A stretch of DNA of 61,656 nucleotides, filler included, from Basidioascus undulatus (lineage: Eukaryota): NCBI GenBank assembly GCA_000826855.1. It is 4 parts of 4 records of this genome, joined end to end, with 100 filler letters (N's around TTAATTAATTAA, not from the genome) between each part and the next. Parts side by side here need not be neighbours in the genome. Positions count along the whole stretch, not along the records: positions 1 to 15,441 come from JTLS01000645.1; positions 15,542 to 30,849 come from JTLS01000647.1; 2 more parts are not named here. One strand, given 5' to 3'. The stretch's first letter is position 1. Every line of letters begins with the position of its first letter. A program made the position numbers and the translations under genes. The notes beneath the pieces were generated by a model that was not told where the DNA came from, searched no databases, and saw only the letters and a list, made by a program, of their open reading frames with translations. Positions 10,671-20,685 of this stretch are shown one piece after another.

Positions 10671-13182
10671 ATGCTCACCTTTGCGCCCTGCGTGCGGCGC
10701 CTCGTCAACGCGCCGCCGCGCTCGCTGCCGCCGCTCTTCCTCACCTTTGACGCTGCTCGCTGTACTCGTCGCGCCGGTCTTGGCAATCGTTTTTCACGCC
10801 CCGTCACGGCAGGCAGTCCTGTCTTCTAGCACCCTTTCGCACCAGCAACCTCTTGGGCTCGGCACATCCTCCTCATGTCCATCGCCATTCCGTCCACCCT
10901 CGACCTCCCCCATTCCCCTTTCCTTTTCCCGCTATCCTGTCGACTCGGCTCTCGCGGAATGGAACGCGACACTATGTCGCCCGACTCCCGGCTCCCATGA
11001 CCATTGCAGCATCAGCAGCACCTTCACCCTCCTCATTGCGCGGACCGACCTGTCCATATGCACCGCGGACTTCGCTCCCGGCACGCTCAGGGCGGATCCC
11101 TATCTCGAGCGCTGGATCCACACCCAGCGCGGATCGGATTCGTTTTATGTCCGCACCAGCGGCGCGCAAGGCTGGGCGAGCGAGACGCCTGTGTATGACG
11201 CTGAGAAGTGTACATGGCGGTATGATGTGAGGCTTGGGAACGTCGGGAAAGTGAAGCTGGAGGCGTGGTGGACTTTCAAGGTAAGTTGTGTCTCTCGCGT
11301 AAACTTGACCTGTGTGTCCCGAAGGCTCAAACTGGAGGGACACCCGGGAACAGGACTACAACGCCTTCAACGACTCGAACGCTGGCCAAACTGTGTGACC
11401 CGACCAGCTCTTCACACCGCTCTTTCCTTCTCCCATCTCACCCGATATCTGCCCCTCATCCTCTTCTCCGAGCAGCTGCGCGCCGCAGCCCATTCCGCCT
11501 ACGGCTCCGTCTTCCCTCCCGTCATGCTCCGGCCCTGGGCCGATAGAGGGCTCGTACCTCCCCGCTCGGGCTTCTTCGCTCGACCGCCTCGAGGACGACC
11601 TCCCGGGCGGGTCTGGGCGGTACGCGTTCGTACCATCTACGTGCAGGTGGGACCACGCGGGCCTGCGGGCAGGGACCACACGCCGTGCCTGTTGAACGGC
11701 GAAAAGGGCGTGCTTGTGTTGGGGGATAGTCATAGGTGCGTTCGTTCTTCCAGCTTGGCGGCGTTTGTATAGACGCGCTGAAAGAATAGGGAACGTGCTG
11801 TGAAGGCGCGTCGCGTACGACAGCATGGTGCATTTCTGGGGCTACGACTCAATTTTGACAGTATCGGTGCGTCTTCCGACTGGCTGTACCGGCCGCAGTA
11901 CCGACTTGTTGTTGCAGGAGAAAGTAGGGCACAAGCTCGACATCCTTGGCGAAACGCAGTTCGCTTCTGGCTGGTAAGGCCATGTCTGTCCGCGACTGGC
12001 TTTATACTGTACTGACAATCGCCCTTCAACCCCAGGGACCCGATGGCGCAAGCGCTTGAGACCGCCTTCACATGCGAGCACCTATTGCGCTCGTTCTGCA
12101 GGCTGCAAGTTGCAAGTGGCATAGACGGTGGTATGGTATAGATAAAAATTTGGGGTCAAGAATGATGTGTAGAGGGTAGCAATGCGTGGCGAATGCGTCT
12201 CGTCTCGTGAGAGTCTCAGTCCGTTGTCTATGGAAGCTGCCGCGGGGGGCAGCAATTTGCACAGAATGAGGGTGAAAAGCAATAGAATAGAGAGGGGTTA
12301 GGCAGAGGAAGGTCGGATGGATTAAGCTGCGCTGGCGACAGGCGGTTGCTGCTGCTGCATGCTCCGCTTCGTCCCAAACTCGTGGGGCGGTTCCGAGATC
12401 CTTTCACCGAAGGACATCAAGCGTCAGCTCCCCTCCATCCCACGCAGGAAGACAAGGAGCAAGCCACTCACTCCTCCAAATCGTTCGACAGCGTAAGCGG
12501 CCCAAACTGGCCCACGCCATCCCCATTCCCATTCGGGCCCGCCCTCCTCACCGCCTGGGGCAAATCACAGCCATCGTCTTGTCTCTCGTAAGTTTCGGCC
12601 ATTCGTTCTCCCCCTCCGTCTTCTCACTTCCCGCTCGCTTCCAACACCCAGGGATCCTGGTACGCCTCCGCGCACCTCTCCATGTCCGACGCCCTCTCCC
12701 GCATTCTGTCCGTGCTTTCCACGCTGCACACGCTCTCCGAAGGAACCCCCCCGCACGCGTCCGGCCGTGCACAAAACCTCGTCTACCTCCTCCCGCCCGC
12801 GCAGCCGCCGCGGCAGGACAAGGGCGGAGCCTCGACCAGCGAACGAACGTTCGCCCTCGCGTACTGGCGCGACCGCCTCCTCCTTGGCACGCTCGAGCGC
12901 GGGTGGAAGGTCGTTGATCAGTACGAGGTCACGCTGCCGATGAGCGTGGAGCCAATGGAGCTGGACCATGTGCGCGCATTTTTGGAGAGAGCAGTTGGAA
13001 AGCGATGTGCTGACTTGACCTGCCTGCCTGATAGGCACATTACCTTATGACGGATGGTACGTCAGCCGTGGTCCACGGAGGTCACGAAGCTCAGAGTCTG
13101 ACCAGGGGCGGGGTGCACAGCAAACGATCCGCCGGTCGACGAGATCAACGAAGACGGGAATATGCGATGTGGACAGCGCTGA
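10671..13182 (+). pseudogene. Disrupted paralog of the PC-esterase-like gene at 4717-7074
   Basis: Same motif order: TM anchor LTLLAVLVAPVLAIVF, GSDSFYVRTSG, YAFVPSTC, VLVLGDSH, LVYLLPPAQPPRQD, VDQYEVTLP..ELDH|AHY. Lesions: frameshift at about 10746 between the ATG frame and the anchor frame, in-frame TGA at 11396-11398, frameshift at about 11670, and an unrelated stretch at about 12090-12550. Confidence 0.75.
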
Positions 13183-13799
13183 AGGGGACAGATGGTAGGG
13201 GGCTGGGTCGCTTGAAGAAGGAGCTCTTGATCTTGACGTATTTATTCGGGCTTGCGGTGCTTGTTCTAGGCTTGGCGTGAGGAGGAAGGTGGGCACATCC
13301 ATGCGGGTTCGTCCCCGGTTCCTTGCTGTACGGCAGTCTTGAGCGCAGCACGGTCTGTCCCGCAGCTCAGCTATATGAGCCATTGTGAGCCAACATTGAA
13401 GCGTGTGACGATCTTTGCTCGTCCCTGGGCAGCTGGAAGGCAGATTCGAGACACAGTGCCGGCGCACTACGCACGGGCGCTTACGACGAGTGAGGCAGGC
13501 AGCTTGCCTGAGTTAGGCCCATAACAAGAACCAACTTCGTCTGCACCAAACTAAAATATTTATAAGGCGTATAAATTTTGGCGAGTCGCGGCAGTGTACA
13601 GCCTGAGTAGTAGTCCAGGCGGTGACTCGCAATCCCGTTCCACCTTGCACGTACAAAATCAATCTCATGCACCATGAGAGAGAGCTATGGAGTCACTGTT
13701 TCCAGGTTCGACACCAGAATATGTGTTCTAGCGGCAGAGCTACCACCGTCTATCCCACCCATCGAGCATCGCTAGTTGCGCAATCTCAAAATTGATACC

Positions 13800-14281
13800 C
13801 AGCTCTCGACGTGGCTCACAAGCTCGACGATCTGTTCTCCTTCTTGACCCACTGCACGCTTCCGTCACTAGAGAGCTTCTGGACGGAAATCTTCGAGTTG
13901 CCCGCGGATGTGCTCCGGCCTTTCTGCGCTCGTCACGGTCTCCGACTGTGCAAGCTCTCCGCGATCTCGCTTGACGACGAAGGCGCCTTTTCAGGCATTG
14001 TGTACCTCTGCCCGCGCCTCGAGGTCATTAAAGTCGTGCTGTAGGACATCGAGTTCTTCGACTCCATCATAGCAGCGTGACCTCCCTCGCTCGTCGAGTT
14101 TGACGTGTTCTTCGACGGGAACGAGGCCCGCGTCATTGCGGGACTCCAACAGTTCATCCATGGAAACTACCCTTCGCTAAAGCGCATCATGCTCGACCCG
14201 TGTGTACCCGAGTCGCACGATTCTTTCATCGAGATCTGCAACCTTGCGAAGCGGATCTCCAGTCGTGTTGCATTACAATAA
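13800..14281 (+). pseudogene. Leucine-rich-repeat (F-box/RNI-like) gene relic
   Basis: Reads LTHCTLPSLESF...LCPRLEVIKVVL*DIEFF...AA*PPSLVEFDV...YPSLKRIMLD. LxxL-type repeats are interrupted by in-frame stops. Confidence 0.45.
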
Positions 14282-15149
14282 CCAGGGGATGTATTCGTCA
14301 TTGTACATCAACCAGCAAACATTTTTGAACGCTGAAACGCCGATATCCCCTCTGTCTCCCATGCCTTCGCAGCAGGGGGATCATGGGTAGGCGCTCGCCC
14401 CCTTACACAGCCGGCGTGGTCGATTTTGAGCCACAGCCAGCTCGAGCGGGCGGGCGTCGTGCTGCATGCCTATGGAGCCTTTGACGATCCGCGCTGCCGG
14501 AGCGACAGCTCGAACCCGACCTTTGCTCCGAGTGCGCTCGCACGGCCCAACAGGCGTGCGGCTGGGCTCCGACCTTCCCATGGGCAACTGAGCAGACCCA
14601 TACACAATCCGGCAAAGGTAATGGAATGCTCAGGCACCTAGCATTATCCAGAAGCTCTCGATTTGGCATGCTGGCGTAGCTTTCACACGGAACTAGCGGT
14701 TCCGTGAAGAGTAGTGAATCCTCGACGGAAGGGCGGAAACCAGTTCAGCGCACAACACTAGACTATAGCCTCGGATCCTACTGTATTAAAGGGGAGAGAA
14801 TAATCTGTGTAAAGATCTGACTCATTACATTGGGTCTGGCGCAGCGGAGCTTGCCTGACTGTAGCCTTGTTCGGGTTCCGCTGGCGGAACGCCAGCTGTT
14901 CTTCGCGACCCGCCAACTGACAATACTAGTTGGGAACACTTGTTAGAACTGAACCTGTCTGTACTGTAGTTGTTGCTTCAAGCAGAGTATTTTGTTTGGC
15001 AACACGAGATCGAGGAAATATTCATCTTCTCTATCCACGGTGCGAGGCCCTGCGGCGCTAGTCTTTGGTGCAGCTGCTACGCTTATCATCCTACGCTCAT
15101 CATCTCATCTTGCAACGTCCAGATTCTTCGCATTAGCCTTGGAGCCGCC

Positions 15150-15441
15150 ATGCCTAACCCTTCGCTCCCTGCTGAGGTTTGGTCCCGCGTCTTCGAGCTG
15201 GTTGTCGGCGACACGGCCAATGTCGGTGACGCCGGCGATGGTGGTGCACCTCGCGCTTGTCTGTCGATCTTGGAATGTGAGTGTGACACCCATGCCGCTT
15301 GCATGGTGAGCTAAACGTTTAAATCCTTCTGATCAACCTATAGCAACTCTCAGAGCCGTCTCGTCATCGCTCCTTGACTCTCGAGAGCGACGAGGAGATT
15401 CGCATGTTCGCTCGCCTGCTCGTCTCCCTCGGTCTTGCTGG
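15150..15441 (+). pseudogene. F-box protein 5' fragment, disrupted and cut by the gap
   Basis: MPNPSLPAEVWSRVFELV...AACMVS*TF matches the F-box pattern LP.E....IF...L..VSK.F, with a TAA at the K position. Confidence 0.5.
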
Positions 15442-15541
15442 NNNNNNNNNNNNNNNNNNNNNNNNNNNNNNNNNNNNNNNNNNNNTTAATTAATTAANNN
15501 NNNNNNNNNNNNNNNNNNNNNNNNNNNNNNNNNNNNNNNNN
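15442..15541. other. Assembly gap with artificial TTAATTAATTAA linker
   Basis: 44 N + TTAATTAATTAA (stops in all six frames) + 44 N. Confidence 0.98.
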
Positions 15542-16671
15542 ATTCGAGATACCCCAGGTTCTGTACGGACGTAGCCTGGTCGTCGTAGTCCCCGCTCAAA
15601 TCTACACCACCATCCCTCACTGTACATCAGGATCTGCCTTCCTCCCCATTCCGCCTTTCTCCCACGCACCGGATACCCGCGCCTTCACGCGCCCAACCAG
15701 CCTCTCGACCCCGCCCAAGCCGTCCTCGAACCGATCGATCCCCTCGCGCACCTCCGAGAAGCGCTCGTCGGGCTTGCGCACGCGCGCGAAGGCGTTGAGG
15801 AGCGTGTCGGAGATGTTGTCGATGAGAGAGGGCGGGTCGGGGTGCGGCGGGTGGGCAATGTGTTGATGCATCTCGATGTTCTGTGTCGTCCCGTCGCGTG
15901 AGCTACAGGAGCGGAACGCTGTTGGTAGGGGAGAGAAGGCGCACCCATTCGGTGGAGGAGAGGAAGGCGATGAGGAGCTTGCTGCGCTGGAGGGTTGGGT
16001 GCCGCGCAACGCGCTGGACGAAGCGTTCGAGACTGCACAGTCGTCCGCCCGTCCGCATCATCAACCTTCGTCCGCGCTCTACTGCCCGGAACTCACGCAC
16101 TCGAGTCGTCGCCGCTCAATGAACTCCTGGCTGAACCGGTCGCCCGTCAAGTACTCTAGAGCAGCGCGATCCATCAGCCGATGTGCAAGAAGGGGGACAG
16201 GGGGGAGGCAGCAGGCTTACCCATGCGGTGCTTGTCTGGCAAGGGGGGCACGACGCAGGCTGGGAAGTCCTTGGCGAGATGATGGCGCAGGAAGCGGAAG
16301 TCCTGAAAGCGCCTCCTGGCGCTGGTCGTCGTAGTCGGATACACGGGCAAGTTGGTCTGCCCTCCGCGCCGTCGATCAGCCGTGCCCCGCCCGCGCTCCC
16401 ACAACAGATATCCAGCACACACCTTGGCCACGACCTCATAAGCGACATACTGCTCCTTTGTTCCCTCAAGCTCGATGGTCGGGCGCACGACGCGCACGTT
16501 GAGAAAGTGGTTTGTGTCAAGGAGGACGTCCGGCGCGGGCGGGCGCGGCTCGGACGTCGATGGCTGTGGCTGGGACTGCGACTGGGGCTGCTGCGCGGGG
16601 TGCGGAGGAGAGACAGGCGGGGCATCGCGCTCCCACTGCACAGACGTGAATTGATCGTCATACTCGTCCAT
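15542..16671 (-). CDS. SNX4: Sorting nexin-4 (Snx4/Atg24), PX domain and start of BAR domain; 3' end lost in the gap
   Basis: MDEYDDQFTSVQW...YVAYEV, ARRRFQDFRFLRHHLAKDFPACVVPPLPDKHRM|EYLTGDRFSQEFIERRR, ARHPTLQRS, DTLLNAFARVRKPDERF. Confidence 0.93.
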
Positions 16672-18821
16672 CCTCAGCGTACGCGTAAGGTAAGAGTGAG
16701 CAAGGTGGAGAGGAGGAGGTGAGAGCGCGGGTTGATCACGGCGAGACGGCAACTTGCGCGTGAACGCGGCGGGGGGTGTCGCCAAAGCACAAGTCGCACC
16801 GGCTGCAGGCATTTCATCAACAGCGCATTCTTTGTCCAGCTGCACATACGCGAGGTCCATTGGATGGGTAATCCATCAAAGGAGATTAGAGAAAGACAAG
16901 CCGGGAGTCACCCAAAACACCATTCGTCAGGCCGGGAGGCAGTTGGGATGTCAGGGCGCAATATTACGCGTCCATTGGCAGCTACAGAGCTATTCAAGTA
17001 AAACATCCGAATGAGAAAAGTAAACAAGCCCGAATGATCCCAAGGTAAGCAGAAAATATGAAAGCTACTACTGCGAACGGCGTCGTTGCGAGTCCAGCTT
17101 AGCGAGCCTCTCATCCTCCCCTCCCAACCACTGGTCGCACCGGCTCGTGTTCAAGTAGTTCTTCCTGCACCGACTGAATTTCCGCCCACTGTTCTTAGCC
17201 GTGTGTGACGTCCACAGCTTCGCAGTCAGGCCGCACTTTCAGCGCGGGATGGTGGGGTCCACGTCTGACTGAAGGAACTCGCAGTTGCGGCATTTGATGT
17301 ACGGCTTGCCCCTCACGCGGCGTTAGACCGGTATCGTTCGTATCCCCTGCAGCGAGGGCACTGGGGGAGGAATTCTAGTGTTGCACGTGGGGTGTAAAAA
17401 CGGCGCTTGCCGAGGAGAGGGGGAGGGGGCAAGGTGTGACAGAAATGCGCTCTCGCCGTGGATTGATTCTGTGGAGACGGAGAGACGTGGGGAGCCCGCT
17501 CAGCGCGCTTCTCCTCCTTGATCCTCCGCCGCCTTGAATCACCCACATCGTCCGCATCCGCCGTGGGCGTCTCCTCCCTCTTCGCAGCCGTCGCCTCAGC
17601 CTCCTCCACCTTCACCTCCACCTCCTAGGTATAGCACCATCTCATCAGTTAACGACGACAACGACGACAATGCACAAGAAAGAAAAGACACACAACTTCC
17701 TCCGATTTACGCTTCCGCTTCGGCTGTGTCTTAGAGGGCTTGGGCGTGACGGGCAGGGTAGCCATCTTGAACGTGCGGGTGGTGCGAGGAGGGACTCGGC
17801 TTCTGAGGAGTGGAGATCTAACGTGATCCCGGGTTGCTCAGATGTATGGCAAGACAAATTAAACGCACTTGGGAGTTATGTGAGAAGATGAAATGAGGGG
17901 TGTGGTATGTAAGGGAAAGGGGAGGGGGACAAAGACGCTCGGGCTCAGCGGGCTCAGCGGTGTTGGAATGAAATGTAGACAATCGGAGATAGCGCGATAA
18001 TCCTGATAGCGTCATTTCAAGGGCCGCCTGCCTGTTGCCGCCTTTGCTCTTTTGCACCAAAACACCTTTTGAAGGTTAAAGATGTTGAAATACATTCAGG
18101 ACAACCTCAGTGAAAAACCTTCACACTTTACTCGACTTCTCATTTATGCCGCGGTGACCTTCGCTGGTATCTGTTCGACTGCTGTCGGTCGGCAGCCATG
18201 CATGCACGGGCTCGCACCTGAATCTTGCACGTCTCCGAATTGGCTGGACAGAAGCGTTGAAGGAGAGACTTCTTGGTGATTTAGTCTGCAAGAGCCACTC
18301 CAGCCGTAGCTTGAGGTGTACGGTGCTGAAGTGCGGGCAGATGGAAGGCGGGCGACTGTGCAAAGGAAGCGCTCGATGTAGATTGTTGTGGAGGCGAGGA
18401 GGTGCGGAAAATTGCTGCATTTGTTCATCGAACAAGCCCCGATGCCGGGCCAAAACAGGCGAGCGAGACAGTCTGACGAACCACAGTCTGGACAGCAGGG
18501 TCGCCTGCACATGCACTTGCACGCTCGTTGCAACTTGCTCCTCCCATGATTCCTTGCGTCCTTCTTGAATGTGGCAGGCTCCCGATAATACAGCTGCTTC
18601 GGACTTGAATCGCCGGACTACAAGGACGTATGGTTCAAACAGTCTAGTACACCTGCAACAGTGCTCTGGCTCACAAGCATCGACCGCAATTTGACGGTGT
18701 CGTGAGATGCATGCAGCCTCCAGCACGAGGTCTCCTTTATGCGAGCGACCATGGAGCAAGCGGGCTTGAATTCTGACAAACTATCATGACCTCGGTGAGT
18801 TACACAGCACCTATACATGCC

Positions 18822-19420
18822 TTAACTGCACGACTGGTACCGGCTAGAGAAAGAAGGACTCACCGGTGTGATGCGCTCCGATCTCAGGCGCTCCCTTGTG
18901 CTCATGCTTCAGGTCCTAATTGTGCTGACCGAAGTAGTCCATTTCAGTCTGCGGAACGAGGGAAATCAATATTAGCCGTGCTTTCGTGTATTCAGCCCAG
19001 TGTGCAAATCGGATGCAATGCGCTGTTTGTTCGCACTCACCTCCATGAAGTCTGCAGGTAGTTCGTGTCCAGTGCCACATCCTCACCTTCCAGCTCTCGT
19101 GGTCTATCCAGAAAAGCAAGGTAACTCACTCGTCGGCAGGTCTTTTCCACCCACGCTCTTGAGGTACTCGAGGGTGGGAAGTCTTATTGAGCTCGTCGCA
19201 GACCTTGGAGTCAAGAAGAATGTTGATCAGGTGCGGCTCGCGCTCGTAGATAGGTTGCAGGAGGTCGGAGATGTATCAAAAGCGCATTCAGATGGCATGC
19301 TCTGCTACGGAAACAGGACACGGGACTTACTGGATGATACATCCGGCTGGCCAGATCTACTTGCATCAGGCTTCAACTGCATGTCCCAGTACAGCCAGGC
19401 GCTACCTTTCCGACACGCAC
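18822..19420 (-). pseudogene. 6-phosphogluconate dehydrogenase C-terminal relic
   Basis: Fragments IWPAGCII(Q), YISDLLQPIYEREPHLINILLD, TLEYLKSVGGKDLPT and EMDYFGQHN*DL match the 6PGD motifs IWRxGCII, LEY...LP and DYFGxH. There is an in-frame TAG at 18916-18918 and an internal deletion, and no N-terminal half was found. Confidence 0.75.
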
Positions 19421-19564
19421 GCATTGGCTGTGACATGCATCATTGCCATCAATCATAGGACAAGGTACAACAGTGGTTACAGGTGGTGAGGAAATATGCT
19501 AATAAGTGTCAATGTTCACGAGCGCGAGATGCAAATAATAAACAACCAGCAAGAAACGTGGGTA

Positions 19565-20685
19565 TCAAGACGCGTAGATAGAGGTCCAGACGTCGGGGAC
19601 AGAAGGGAAGAGTGGGGAGTCGATCTCGCCCTCAGGGAACGACAACCCGAGAGCGGCGTTCCAGTCCGTGGAAGATACTGGCGTCGTAACGTAGGAGGTC
19701 CTCGCCGGGTCGTGCTCCATTGGCGGCGTCGGGAAGTATCCGTAGTCGGCAGGGGCAGTCGCGTGCCGCATGAGGCGAGGCATGCTCGACTGAGCGGAGA
19801 GCGGCGTCATCGGCGGGGAGCTGTATACGTCGGAGCCCCCACCGAATGCCAAGGCTAGTGACGAGCGGGGCGGGGAGCTGATAGAAGGGGAGGGGACAGG
19901 GGTGACGGGAGCGGACCAGCCGGCGACGGGTAGAGGCGAATGGATTGGGGGTGGGGGACGTCGAATGCGGGGTAGCTCGTGTGGAGAGGGGACGAAGGAA
20001 GATCCGCGGAGTACGGAAGGGAACACCACCTGCTCGACCGGTGGCGGCGGTGGCAGGGGCGCGGCAGCGCGCTGCGCAGTCAGGAGGCCGTACGTCTCCC
20101 AACTCGCGCCGACCTCGAGCTCGTCGTCGTACGCGGCGCCGATGGGTTGCAGCCCATGGTTCGGATCGAAGTAGGTCGGGTAGATCGAGGAAGATGGGGA
20201 GTGGACAGGCTGCTGTGCCTGCGCGGCGAAGTAGGCGGCCGGGAACGGATGCGGCGGAGGCTGCTGCTGCGAAGGCGATCCTGCTCGCAGCGCAGCGGCT
20301 TTGGCCGCTTTGGATGCCGCCTTGCGCTCGCGAGCGGCTCGGTTCTCCGCCTCGGAGACTGCGTTGTACACGCAGACGCGGCCGGTACGAATGCAGTTGT
20401 CGCAGGTCTCGGCGCCGTTGCACTTGATCTTTCTGTGAGGGGACAGCGAGAAGTCATCAGTGGTGTACCTTCATGTCGGAATGAGTGTTACTCTTCAAAC
20501 CCCAATAGGTATCCCGAATCCCTTGGAATAATCCCAACCAGGCCCCCTTCGGTGCACGTATCCGGTCGACAAACTCACCTGTACCGACAGTAGGCACAAG
20601 CTATGTTGTTGCGCTGCCTGCGACGGCAGAGCCCTCCGTCCTGACTCGTAACCGAGGCCGCCTTGGAGGAAGATGAGGAGGACAT
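19565..20685 (-). CDS. Zn(II)2Cys6 binuclear cluster transcription factor with Pro/Ser-rich C-terminus
   Basis: MSSSSSSKAAS...RRRQRNNIACAYCRY|RKIKCNGAETCDNCIRTGRVCVY fits C-x2-C-x6-C-x5-C-x2-C-x6-C. One GT-AG intron lies at about 20433-20579, followed by the long ORF ending at 19565. Confidence 0.9.

Noticed and set aside
15486..15497. Palindromic TTAATTAATTAA repeated at 15486, 30894 and 46298
   Set aside because: It is centred in identical 100-nt N spacers, so it is a six-frame-stop assembly linker and not biology. It also means that synteny across these points cannot be trusted.
17313..17900. Possible small gene divergent from SNX4
   Set aside because: Low-complexity pyrimidine and purine tracts; no consistent ATG-splice-stop model or recognisable motif.
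11396..18918. In-frame stops in homologous coding frames as evidence for stop-codon reassignment
   Set aside because: The stops are of all three types and co-occur with frameshifts and lost splice sites. Intact genes here end in TAA, TAG and TGA.
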